A stretch of DNA of 64,000 nucleotides, from NCBI GenBank assembly GCA_016210045.1, contig JACQUX010000009.1:65730-129729 (forward strand). Reading direction: 5' to 3'. Shown here one piece after another: positions 28,094 to 37,503 of this stretch. The stretch's first letter is position 1, and each line of letters starts with the position of its first letter. The translations under genes were made by a program, and so were the position numbers. The DNA comes from Deltaproteobacteria bacterium (lineage in GTDB: Bacteria; UBA10199; GCA-002796325; JACPFF01). The notes below the pieces were generated by a model. That model was not told the DNA's origin and ran no database searches. It saw only the letters and a list, made by a program, of their open reading frames with translations.

Positions 28094-29473
28094 ATGTCAC
28101 CTGCCGCTCCCTTCGAGTCCTATTGCACCTCCGTCGTCCGGCCGTTGGCGCAGACGACGCGCGTGGAACGGGAACGCCTGATTGCCGCGGCGCACTATAA
28201 TTTATTCCGCCTCGCGTCCGACACGGTCACGTTCGATCTGCTCACCGACTCCGGCACCGGCGCGATCAGCAACCAACAACTTGCGGCGTTGATCATGGGA
28301 GACGAGAGCTACGCCGGCTCCACGTCGTTCGAGCAAATGAAGTCGGTCATTACGGAGCTGACCGGATTCCCGTTTGTGATCCCGACCCATCAAGGTCGCG
28401 GTGCCGAGAATGTCCTCCATTCGGCGTTAGTCCACGCCGGTGATGTGGTTCCCGGCAATACCCACTTCGACACGACGAAAGGCCATATCGAATTTCGCAA
28501 GGCCCACGCGATCGATTGCACCATTGAAGCAGGCAAAAATCCAACCAGCGATCATCCGTTCAAAGGCAACATCGATCTCGCCCGGCTGGAAGAAGTGTTG
28601 CAAGCGCATCCGCGGGAGCGGATCCCGTTTGTCCTCATTACCGTCACTTGCAATTCCAGCGGCGGACAGCCGGTCTCACTGGAAAACATCCAGGCCGTGA
28701 AGACGCTGTGTCATCGCTACGGTGTGAAGGTCTTTCTCGATATGGCGCGCTTTGCGGAGAATGCGTATTTCATCAAGACGCGCGAGGCCGCGTATCGCGA
28801 TTGGACGATCCGCGCGATTTGCCGCGAAATGTTCCGCGACACCGATGGCGCGACCATGTCGGCGAAGAAAGACGCGATCACCGCGATGGGCGGATTCCTG
28901 GCCCTGCACGACGAAGACCTGTATCGCCACTGCGGGACGTTCAGCATCTTATTCGAAGGCTTCCTGACCTATGGCGGAATGACCGGCGGCACGATGGCCG
29001 CAGTCGCCGCCGGCCTGCAAGAGGCGACCGACTTCGCGTATTTGCAATCGCGAGTCGAACAAGTGGGGCGTTTCGGTGCCTGGCTGCAACAAGCCGGCGT
29101 GCCGATCGTGCTCCCGGTCGGCGGCCACGCCGTCTATCTGGATGCCTCGCGCTTCCTGCCGCATCTGCAACCGACCGCCTACCCCGCGCAAGCGTTGGCC
29201 GTCGCCGCGTATGTCGCCGGTGGCGTGCGCGGTGTCGAAATCGGCACTGTCCTCGCCGACCGCGATCCGGAAACCCGCGCCGAACGCCATCCACCGATCG
29301 AACTCTACCGCTTGGCCATTCCGCGTCGCACATACTCCGACAATCACTTGCGTTTTGTCGCCGACACCTTCGCCGCCCTACTCCAACAACGCGACACCAT
29401 CCCCGGCCTCGAAATTATCTGGGAGGCCCCAATCATGCGCCATTTTACGTGCCAATTCCGAATTCAAGGGTAA
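28094..29473 (+). CDS. Tryptophanase / tyrosine phenol-lyase family (beta-eliminating lyase, PLP-dependent)
   Basis: Near-colinear motif match to TnaA/TPL: DLLTDSGTGA, IPTHQGRGAE, SNSAGGQPVSL, ARFAENAYFIK, MSAKKDA, GGHAV; start set at MSPAAPF (28094), not the longer ORF. Confidence 0.85.
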   Translation: MSPAAPFESYCTSVVRPLAQTTRVERERLIAAAHYNLFRLASDTVTFDLLTDSGTGAISNQQLAALIMGDESYAGSTSFEQMKSVITELTGFPFVIPTHQGRGAENVLHSALVHAGDVVPGNTHFDTTKGHIEFRKAHAIDCTIEAGKNPTSDHPFKGNIDLARLEEVLQAHPRERIPFVLITVTCNSSGGQPVSLENIQAVKTLCHRYGVKVFLDMARFAENAYFIKTREAAYRDWTIRAICREMFRDTDGATMSAKKDAITAMGGFLALHDEDLYRHCGTFSILFEGFLTYGGMTGGTMAAVAAGLQEATDFAYLQSRVEQVGRFGAWLQQAGVPIVLPVGGHAVYLDASRFLPHLQPTAYPAQALAVAAYVAGGVRGVEIGTVLADRDPETRAERHPPIELYRLAIPRRTYSDNHLRFVADTFAALLQQRDTIPGLEIIWEAPIMRHFTCQFRIQG

Positions 29474-29482
29474 CGAATCTGT

Positions 29483-29929
29483 ATGCACCTCGTCCTCGTC
29501 GCGCCGGAAATTCCACCGAACACCGGCAACGTGGCGCGGCTCTGTGCCGCGACGAACACGCCGCTCCATTTAGTGCGGCCGCTCGGGTTTTTTCTCGATG
29601 ACCGTCGGTTGCGCCGCGCGGGACTCGATTACTGGACGCATGTCGAACTCCGCATTCACGACTCGCTCGATGCGTTGTGGTCGGTGCTGCCGATCGCACG
29701 AGCGTACTTCGTCAGCACGAAGGGGACGATTCCGTATACGCAAGTGGCCTTTGCAGCCGACGATGTCTTGGTCTTCGGCAGCGAAGGCGCGGGACTGCCT
29801 GCGCCGCTCTTGGCCGCGCACCCGGACCGCACCATCACGATCCCGATGTCCGGCCCCGTTCGTTCGCTGAATCTCGCCACCGCCGCCGCGATCGTGTTGT
29901 TCGAAGGTCTGCGGCAGCAATCCCGCTGA
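29483..29929 (+). CDS. trmL: tRNA (cytidine/uridine-2'-O)-methyltransferase, SpoU/TrmL family
   Basis: About 150-aa SPOUT fold; PPNTGN, FGSEGAGLP, SLNLATAAAIVLFE motifs. Confidence 0.8.
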   Translation: MHLVLVAPEIPPNTGNVARLCAATNTPLHLVRPLGFFLDDRRLRRAGLDYWTHVELRIHDSLDALWSVLPIARAYFVSTKGTIPYTQVAFAADDVLVFGSEGAGLPAPLLAAHPDRTITIPMSGPVRSLNLATAAAIVLFEGLRQQSR

Positions 29930-29962
29930 ATGCGGGGCGCATCAGAGACGGCGAGTGCGCGA

Positions 29963-30709
29963 TTATTGCAACAGTCGGCGTCCGCTGCGAAACAACAGGG
30001 CACACGCGATAGTCGACAACAGCCAGACGGTCAGCGCGCCAAGCAGCGTGATCGGGACCGAGAGTTCGGCATGGCCGGAAAACCCGAAACGAAGCACCGT
30101 GCTAAAGTGCGAAAATGGATTTGCATACAACAACCAATGGTAGTGCGCAGGAATGTGTTCGAGAGAGAAAAAACAGCCGCTAAAAAAGAGGAGCGGAATG
30201 ATGACGTAATTTTCCATCACGCCGAACGAATTCCAATTTTTATAACTACACGCGAGCAAAATGCCGATGGACGCGAACGTGAATGTCATGAGCGTCCACC
30301 CGCAGATGAACATGATCGGATGCGCCGGCGGCTGTCGAAAAAAACAGAGCATGCCGGCTCCCAGCAACAACAGCGAGACGAGCAATGCACGCAAGACGGC
30401 GGCGAACAGATTGATGACGTAGAGATGGAGGCGCGAGATCGGGGCGGCGAGCAGATATTGTAAAGTTCCTTCGATGCGTCCGACGAAGAGCGCCATGCGC
30501 GCATTACTGGCGACCACGGTGAAGGTCGCGTACAGGATCACGCCGGGGAGCACGAGCGCGATTTTCGTCGGATCCACGAAGTACAATACGGTCAGCAAGA
30601 GGAAATTGGAAAAAACCGTATTCAATATGGTTTGCAATGGGCTTTGTAGGTAACGCCATATTTCGCGTTCGAGGCAACCAACGAAGGCGCGCCGTGCGGA
30701 TGCATTCAT
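29963..30709 (-). CDS. ABC-2 type transporter permease
   Basis: Six predicted TM segments; follows an ABC ATPase with a 4-nt overlap. Confidence 0.7.
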   Translation of the reverse strand: MNASARRAFVGCLEREIWRYLQSPLQTILNTVFSNFLLLTVLYFVDPTKIALVLPGVILYATFTVVASNARMALFVGRIEGTLQYLLAAPISRLHLYVINLFAAVLRALLVSLLLLGAGMLCFFRQPPAHPIMFICGWTLMTFTFASIGILLACSYKNWNSFGVMENYVIIPLLFFSGCFFSLEHIPAHYHWLLYANPFSHFSTVLRFGFSGHAELSVPITLLGALTVWLLSTIACALLFRSGRRLLQ

Positions 30710-31455
30710 AGATCGGCTCCGGCCGCGGGAAACACGGTGCGATACGTCTGGTGCAGCACCTGCGCGGCTGTAGTGGTGTTGGGGATCGGGAGGTCGCAGG
30801 CAATGACGCCCTGCGAGAGGAACAAGGCCCGAGTGCAGAGTGTTGCCACTTCTTCGAGGTTGTGGCTCGTCAGGATAATGGTCTTGCCTTGCTCACGATG
30901 GAGTCGCCGGATCATCGTGTAGAGAGTTTCTTTCAGATCCAGATCGATCCCGGCCGTAGGTTCATCCAAGAAAATGAGATCCGGATCGTGGACCAGCGCG
31001 CGCGCGAGTTGCAGCCGCCGTTGCATGCCGCCTGAAAGGGTTTCCGGGCGGCTGTGTTGTTTCGCGTGCAGTCCCACTTCGGCGAGGATGATCGCGGTCC
31101 GCTGTGTCGCCGGCGCGCGCGCCAATCCGTTGTAGCGGGCATGGAAGCGGACCGAAGCGTCGGTCCGAAAAAACCGATCCACGATCGTTTCCTGAAAACA
31201 GGTGCCGATGCGGTGTTTGGTCTGTTCGGGATGGTCGTGGATCGAGACGCCTTCCAGCCTCATTTCGCCGCAGTCGGGACGGACGGTCCCACAGACGCAC
31301 CCGATCAACGTGGTCTTCCCGACCCCATTCGGACCCAGCAATCCGACGCACTCCCCACGGGGAATGTGCATATCGAGGCCACGCAGGATATTGGCGGTGC
31401 CATAGCTTTTGGATAAGCGTTCGATCGTTAGCATGGGGTACCGTCTGTCGAGCAT
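30706..31455 (-). CDS. ABC transporter ATP-binding protein
   Basis: Walker A GPNGVGKTT, signature LSGGMQRRL, Walker B LIFLDEPTAGID. Confidence 0.85.
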   Translation of the reverse strand: MLDRRYPMLTIERLSKSYGTANILRGLDMHIPRGECVGLLGPNGVGKTTLIGCVCGTVRPDCGEMRLEGVSIHDHPEQTKHRIGTCFQETIVDRFFRTDASVRFHARYNGLARAPATQRTAIILAEVGLHAKQHSRPETLSGGMQRRLQLARALVHDPDLIFLDEPTAGIDLDLKETLYTMIRRLHREQGKTIILTSHNLEEVATLCTRALFLSQGVIACDLPIPNTTTAAQVLHQTYRTVFPAAGADL

Positions 31456-31577
31456 TCCACATGCGGCGATTCGAAATCAAGCGCCGTTCACCTGCCTCCA
31501 CGGTTACAATGATTCCGATTGTGCTTTCACGCCAATTTTCGTAAGAGCGGCTCCAACAATTACGAAGGGGAGGGCGT

Positions 31578-32423
31578 ATGGGGACGGTCGTGGTAATGCC
31601 GCAGGGGGGGGCTATGCGCTACAAGAAGCATTTGAATGTGATTTTGGGGGGCATCCTCGTGCTGATGATCCTCCTGATGATGAGTCCGTTCGTGCAGGTT
31701 GGGGCCGGGGAGCGAGGCATCGTGTTGCGGTTCGGCGCGGTGGAAGATCGCATTCTCGATGAAGGGCTGCATTTCGTGATCCCCTTCATGGAGACTGTGC
31801 AAAAAGTCGATGTCAAGATCCGCAAACTTGATGTCGAAGCGCCGTCGTATTCGCACGATACGCAAAATGTGCACACCCGGATCGCGCTGAACTATCACGT
31901 CGATGCGACGCGAGTGAACAAACTGTGGAAAGAGCTGGGGCGCGATTTCGAAGACCGGATCGTCAAACCGGCGGTACAGGAATCGGTGAAGGCGATCACG
32001 GCCCAATACACGGCCGCGCAACTGATCGAACAACGAGCCCGGGTGCGTGACGAAATCAAGGCGATTCTCCACGAACGGCTTGGGGGACGGTTTCTCATCG
32101 TCGATGAATTCTCCATCGTCGATTTCGAATTTTCCGACACGTATGAACACGCGATCGAAGAGAAGCAAGTGGCCCAGCAACAGGCGTTGAAGGCATCGAA
32201 CGAATTGCAGCGGATCAAGATCGAGGCCGAACAACGCGTGGCGACGGCCACGGCGGAAGCGGAATCGATCCGCATTCAAGCGCAGGCGTTGCTGCAAAAC
32301 CCGCATTTAGTCCAGCTCGAAGCGGTGAAAAAATGGGACGGCAAGATGCCGCAATACATGATGGGCGGCGAAGGCGCGTTGCCGTTCGTGAATATCACGC
32401 CGTCCCGTGAGGGATCGCGCTAA
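31578..32423 (+). CDS. SPFH/band 7 (prohibitin/HflC-like) membrane protein
   Basis: N-terminal TM then RGIVLRFG...; coiled-coil C-terminus typical of prohibitin homologues; start could be MRYKK at 31611. Confidence 0.8.
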   Translation: MGTVVVMPQGGAMRYKKHLNVILGGILVLMILLMMSPFVQVGAGERGIVLRFGAVEDRILDEGLHFVIPFMETVQKVDVKIRKLDVEAPSYSHDTQNVHTRIALNYHVDATRVNKLWKELGRDFEDRIVKPAVQESVKAITAQYTAAQLIEQRARVRDEIKAILHERLGGRFLIVDEFSIVDFEFSDTYEHAIEEKQVAQQQALKASNELQRIKIEAEQRVATATAEAESIRIQAQALLQNPHLVQLEAVKKWDGKMPQYMMGGEGALPFVNITPSREGSR

Positions 32424-35400
32424 TGCGTCTCGGTCGCCTGGTGCGACATGCTGGATGTGGGTTCCGATTCGTCATGTGTGTAGTTGCGCTGCTGAGTTTC
32501 GCGGCGCGGGTGGACGCCGCCAGCTTCGATCCGAAACTCAAGTGGCATCAACATAAGACTCCGCATTTCATGATCTATGCCGCGCGTTCGCTCGACGGAA
32601 TCGCGCAGCGCGTCGGCCAATTGGCCGAAGAAGCGTACGCGATCTTGCCGCAAAAGTTCGACTGGAAGCCGCTCGGCCGAACGGTGGTTGTTCTCACCGA
32701 CGTCCAAGATGTGGCCAACGGGCTCGCGACCGTGCTGCCGTACAACTATCTCCATCTGCGGGTCACCGCGCCGCGTCCCGACACCGCGCTGGCCAACTAC
32801 GACGATTGGCTGCGCACGCTGATCATGCACGAGTTCACGCATATCATTCATATGGATCAAGCGCGGGGCGTGATGAAACTCCCGCGGTTTCTGCTCGGCA
32901 AACTTGTCTCGCCGAACGGCGTGCTGCCGGGCTGGATGCGCGAGGGCATCGCCGTGTACGAGGAAACACAACAGACGCAAGGCGGACGCAATCGCGGCAG
33001 TTTCAGCAATATGTTGATCCGCACGGCGGTGGACCAACAAAAATTCCCGAAGATCGACCAAGCCGACGGCCTCGGTTGGCGCTGGCCCGGATTCCTGCCG
33101 CAGTACATTTACGGCGGGAAATTCCTGGAATGGTTGGCGAACACCTACGGCGAAGACAAATTGATCCGCTTTCAAAAGAAGTCCGCAGCCAGTCCGCTCT
33201 TTTTCATGAACAACCTGTTGGCGAAACAGGTCTGGAAAAAGAGCTTCTACCAACTCTGGCGGGAATGGCAGGCCGAAGTCTCGAAAACCGCACAAGCCGA
33301 AATCACTGCGGTCCGCGCGGCAGGAGAAACGCCGTTGGAGCCGGTGACCGACGACGGCACGCATCTCTCCGCATTGGCGCTGTCGCCGGATGGGACGCAT
33401 TTGGTCTACACGACCACCGATCCGCATCGGCCGACCGAAATTCGGCTGCGCGATCTTCGCAACGGCGAAGAACAGCGGATTCGTGCGAAGCAGGGGGCGA
33501 CGCAGGCCGCGTTCGATCCGAGCGGGAATCTGATTGCGTATGCGGCGTATACGGCGAATCACGGCTATCGCTACTATTCCGATATCTTCGTGTTCGATCG
33601 GCGCGACGGCAAACTGCGCCGGCTCACGGCGAGTCGCCGCGCACAAGACCCGAGTTTCGCCCCGGACGGAAAATCGCTGCTCTATGTCGTGGAAGACGCC
33701 GGCACGCAGCGCTTGGTCCGCTACGATTTGACCACGTGGAAGGAGCAGCCGCTGCCGATTCCGCACGCGCCGTTCACGCGCTTTAGTCATCCACAGTGGT
33801 CGCCGGACGGCCAATGGCTCGCGGTGTCGTCGTGGCAAGCGGGACAGCAAGATATCTATCTCTATCGGCCGGATGGCAGGCGCGTCCAACGGATCACGAA
33901 CGATCGCGCGCTCGATTTGAGTCCGTCGTGGGATCGGACCGGGCGATATCTCTATTTTTCCTCCGACCGCAGCGGGATTTCAAACGTGTACCGTTACGAC
34001 ATGCGCCGCCGGCGCGCGGAACGTCTGACGAACGTCGTCACCGGCCTGTTCGAGCCGCAGCCGGCGCCGGATGGCAAGACGCTGTACGCGCAGTATTATC
34101 ACGGTGCTGGGTTTGGAATTCGGAAGTTGGCGATCGAAGGGGTGGCTGGTGACTGGGGGCTGGTGACTGGGGATCGGACCATGGGTCACCAATCGCCAGC
34201 CACCAGCCACCAGCCACCAGTCACGAATCCCCAATCCCCAGCCACCAGTCACCAGTCACCGCTTTCCCCGTCACCCTTCCCCAGCAAGCGCTACCACGGT
34301 TTGAGTCCGCGGCTCTTTATCCCGCGCTACTTCATTCCCGGCTTTGTCGCGACGGGGAGCGGTGTGTTGCTCAGCGCGGTGACCGGCAGCAGCGATCCGC
34401 TGCGTTGGCATCTGTGGCAAGCGGGCGGCACGTATCGAACCGATGCGAAGTATCCCGGGTATTTTTTCAATTACACGCTGAATCGCTTCTCGCCGATCAT
34501 GAATTTCGGCGTACTCAATTACGCGACCGACTTCGGGAACCTGACCTTCCTGCACGCCGACGGCACGCTGCGGACCGTGCATATGTATGAAAAACGGCTG
34601 CGCGGCTATGCCGGCATCGCGGTGCCGTACAAACGCCAGATCTTTTCGCTCCAATATTTCATGGAGAATCGGGACAACATTCCGGCGCTGACGGCGGAAG
34701 AGCGCGCGTTGCTGAATCTGGACCGTTTCGCCGGATTCTCCGCGACGTATGGCTGGGGACGGCAGGAACAATATCCGGCCTCGATCAGTCCGGAAGAGGG
34801 GCATCGGTTAGTGATGAACTTCACGGTCACCGACAAGATCCTCGGCAGTAACGAACCGAACGAACAACAAATCTTCTCCGGCGATTTCCGCGAATATATC
34901 AAACTCCCGTGGCGGCATCATGTGCTCGCATTGCGCGTGAAGGGCGGCAAGACCTGGGGCGATACGCTGGTCCAAGGCACATTCGGCATGGGCGGAGCGC
35001 TCGGCGAAGGCGCGCTCGGCGGCGGGGGCGGCTTCACGTATTTCCCCTTGCGCGGACTCCCGGCTGCGGCGATGTCGCGCGCTAACGCGATGTTGATGTC
35101 CGCCGAATATCGCCTGCCGCTCGGTTCGCCGCAACGCGGGCTCGGTACCACGCCGTTCTTTTTACAAAACATCCATGCCGCATTGTTTGCCGATTTCGGG
35201 AATGCGTGGAACAACGGCGAAGACACCGGCAAATGGTTCTTCGATCGTTTTTTCCTCGGCACGGGTGTTGAACTACGCGGCGACTTCGTGGTCGGCCACG
35301 GACTCCCAGTCCAAGGTCGGCTCGGCTACGGCGTCATTGCCGTCAATCGTGGACGGCTCGGCGCCCTCACCGATTCGCTGCTCGGCAACCAAGTCAAATA

Positions 35401-35437
35401 CGGCACCCTCATCCTCCAATTCGGCGCCCAGTTTTAA
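32423..35437 (+). CDS. Outer-membrane/periplasmic multidomain protein: HExxH zincin-like N-domain, TolB-type (PD40) beta-propeller repeats, C-terminal beta-barrel ending in Phe
   Basis: Signal peptide; HEFTHIIH; repeated PDG..L.Y propeller blades; C-terminal ...LILQFGAQF. Confidence 0.6.
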   Translation: MRLGRLVRHAGCGFRFVMCVVALLSFAARVDAASFDPKLKWHQHKTPHFMIYAARSLDGIAQRVGQLAEEAYAILPQKFDWKPLGRTVVVLTDVQDVANGLATVLPYNYLHLRVTAPRPDTALANYDDWLRTLIMHEFTHIIHMDQARGVMKLPRFLLGKLVSPNGVLPGWMREGIAVYEETQQTQGGRNRGSFSNMLIRTAVDQQKFPKIDQADGLGWRWPGFLPQYIYGGKFLEWLANTYGEDKLIRFQKKSAASPLFFMNNLLAKQVWKKSFYQLWREWQAEVSKTAQAEITAVRAAGETPLEPVTDDGTHLSALALSPDGTHLVYTTTDPHRPTEIRLRDLRNGEEQRIRAKQGATQAAFDPSGNLIAYAAYTANHGYRYYSDIFVFDRRDGKLRRLTASRRAQDPSFAPDGKSLLYVVEDAGTQRLVRYDLTTWKEQPLPIPHAPFTRFSHPQWSPDGQWLAVSSWQAGQQDIYLYRPDGRRVQRITNDRALDLSPSWDRTGRYLYFSSDRSGISNVYRYDMRRRRAERLTNVVTGLFEPQPAPDGKTLYAQYYHGAGFGIRKLAIEGVAGDWGLVTGDRTMGHQSPATSHQPPVTNPQSPATSHQSPLSPSPFPSKRYHGLSPRLFIPRYFIPGFVATGSGVLLSAVTGSSDPLRWHLWQAGGTYRTDAKYPGYFFNYTLNRFSPIMNFGVLNYATDFGNLTFLHADGTLRTVHMYEKRLRGYAGIAVPYKRQIFSLQYFMENRDNIPALTAEERALLNLDRFAGFSATYGWGRQEQYPASISPEEGHRLVMNFTVTDKILGSNEPNEQQIFSGDFREYIKLPWRHHVLALRVKGGKTWGDTLVQGTFGMGGALGEGALGGGGGFTYFPLRGLPAAAMSRANAMLMSAEYRLPLGSPQRGLGTTPFFLQNIHAALFADFGNAWNNGEDTGKWFFDRFFLGTGVELRGDFVVGHGLPVQGRLGYGVIAVNRGRLGALTDSLLGNQVKYGTLILQFGAQF

Positions 35438-35453
35438 TGCGGTCAAGTCGGGT

Positions 35454-36269
35454 TTACTCAATCGTCTCTTTGCGGACGTTGCTGCCGAGAGAGGCGCCGT
35501 TGGCATTGGTGGCCTGGACACGGTACCAGTACGTGCCGGCGCTGACCGATTCGCTGTACGTGGTGGTATTCGCGCCGACGGTCCCTACTTGGGTGTATGT
35601 GCCGGTCAGGCTGTCTTTACGGAGGATGGAAAATCCTGTCTCGTCGCTACTGTTGTCGGTCCAAATGATCGTGACCGTGCGGCCGCTGACCGCCGTCGTG
35701 GCGCTACTCGGTTCCGCCGGCACGGTGTTGAGCCGAGTGACGCGCAGCAACCGGTACGCGCCGTTGGAGAGGAGGAGGCTGTTTTGCGATAACTCCACGA
35801 CGATCCACGAATAGCTGGAGATCCGCATGGGATCGCCTTCTGGTGCCTCAGAATTGGGATTGTCCGTGATGGCAATAAGCCCGCGGTTGCCGACCACTTT
35901 GAACCGTTCAAAGACGCGGGTCGGTGTCATCCCTTCATTCTCGATCCCGAAGATGCAGACATCATTCGCATCGCTGACATTTTCGTAATCAATGTCGGTG
36001 AGCGAGTGAATAGTCAAGATCCCGGTGCCTGGATTATCGACATCATCGGCTGTTTCCTCATCCCAACACTCCGTGGTCCACGTGCTGCCGACCAGGACCT
36101 CCGTGAGGTCTGGCTCGATGCGGTTGATCCGTTCATTGAGATAATCGGCGGAGACGATGTCGCCCGCTTGGAGCGACAAATCGATACCTTGGGTTGTGGA
36201 GATCGCTGCGCATGTCAGGACCATACACGTGGAAGCAAACAACCAGCGATGCGATGTGCGGCGGCCCAT
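35454..36269 (-). CDS. Secreted protein with C-terminal fibronectin type III-like domain (start set at MGRRTSHRWLFAS...)
   Basis: Signal peptide at the internal Met; FN3-like TVTIIWTDNSSDETGF...YWYRVQATN. Confidence 0.5.
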   Translation of the reverse strand: MGRRTSHRWLFASTCMVLTCAAISTTQGIDLSLQAGDIVSADYLNERINRIEPDLTEVLVGSTWTTECWDEETADDVDNPGTGILTIHSLTDIDYENVSDANDVCIFGIENEGMTPTRVFERFKVVGNRGLIAITDNPNSEAPEGDPMRISSYSWIVVELSQNSLLLSNGAYRLLRVTRLNTVPAEPSSATTAVSGRTVTIIWTDNSSDETGFSILRKDSLTGTYTQVGTVGANTTTYSESVSAGTYWYRVQATNANGASLGSNVRKETIE

Positions 36270-36429
36270 ACCAGTCCCCCCTCGGCGAAGTATCCCACGG
36301 ACTGAAAAGAGCAAATGCCTTGCCAGCGGGTGGCGCAGTAAATGTGGAAAAATGTCGGCAAGTTGCCGCGGGCGGAGATGTGTAGTGTCAGCAAATGCCT
36401 GGGTCACGGGGTACTGGATGGGGCCCTTC

Positions 36430-37446
36430 TCACCCGGCGGAACCGTGGGCTGTGCCTTGCCGGGGCACAAACCCGATCGCTGCGTAGACGCGATCGAGCG
36501 TTGACTGTGCGATGGCGCGCGCCCGGGCGGCGCCTTGTTGTAAGACGCGGTCCAACTCAGTGCGGTCGCGCAGCCATTGTTCGGTCCGTTCCCGAATCGG
36601 CGCGACGGCGCTGACGATCAATTCGGCGGTGTCGAGTTTCAGTGGGCCGTATTGTTTGCCCGCGTATGTGTTGACGATCTCAACCGGCGGGCGGCCCGTG
36701 ATCGCCGCTTGGATGTTGATCAAGTTGCGCACGCCCGGTTTCGTTTCGTCGTAGGTGATTTCGGTACCGGAGTCAGTCACGGCGCGCTTTACTTTGCGGC
36801 GAATCACGTCGTCGCTGTCGGTGAGGCTGATGGTTCCTTGCGGATCGTCGTCCGACTTCGACATCTTCGCGGTTGGATCGCTCAAGCTCATGATCCGTGC
36901 GCCGACCGGCGGAATGAATCCCTCCGGCACGACAAAGAGATCGGTGCCATAGCGGTTGTTCATTCGGATCGCCAAATCGCGCGCCAGTTCGAGGTGTTGC
37001 TTCTGGTCCGCGCCGACCGGGACGAGATTGGTGCGATATAACAAAATGTCCGCAGCCATCAGCGCGGGATAGGTGAACAGGCCGACGGGAATGTTGGCGC
37101 CGGCCGTGGCGGATTTGTCTTTATATTGCGTCATCCGATTCAGTTCGCCCATATAACTGGCGCAGGTCAGGACCCACGCGAGTTCGGCGTGTTGCGGGAC
37201 GTGCGATTGGCAACAGAGGATGGCGCGCGCCGGGTCGATGCCGGCGGCGATATAGTTTGCGGCGACGCGATACGTGTGCTCGCGCAACTGCGTCGGATTG
37301 TGGGCCACGGTGATCGCGTGCAGATCGACGACCAAAAAGATGCAGTCGTACTGCGCTTGCAACGCAACCCAGTTGTTGATCGCGCCGAGCAGATTGCCCA
37401 ACGTTAAGACGTTAGTCGGTTTCACTCCGGAGAGGAGAGTCGGCAT
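36430..37446 (-). CDS. trpS: Tryptophan--tRNA ligase
   Basis: Class I aaRS with KMSKS; strong TrpS-wide conservation (GADQKQHLEL, YPALMAADIL). Confidence 0.95.
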   Translation of the reverse strand: MPTLLSGVKPTNVLTLGNLLGAINNWVALQAQYDCIFLVVDLHAITVAHNPTQLREHTYRVAANYIAAGIDPARAILCCQSHVPQHAELAWVLTCASYMGELNRMTQYKDKSATAGANIPVGLFTYPALMAADILLYRTNLVPVGADQKQHLELARDLAIRMNNRYGTDLFVVPEGFIPPVGARIMSLSDPTAKMSKSDDDPQGTISLTDSDDVIRRKVKRAVTDSGTEITYDETKPGVRNLINIQAAITGRPPVEIVNTYAGKQYGPLKLDTAELIVSAVAPIRERTEQWLRDRTELDRVLQQGAARARAIAQSTLDRVYAAIGFVPRQGTAHGSAG

Positions 37447-37503
37447 ACGGACAGCTATAGAGAAACTTAGCGGTCACGGCCAGGATTTTTCACGGACGCG
37501 CGT

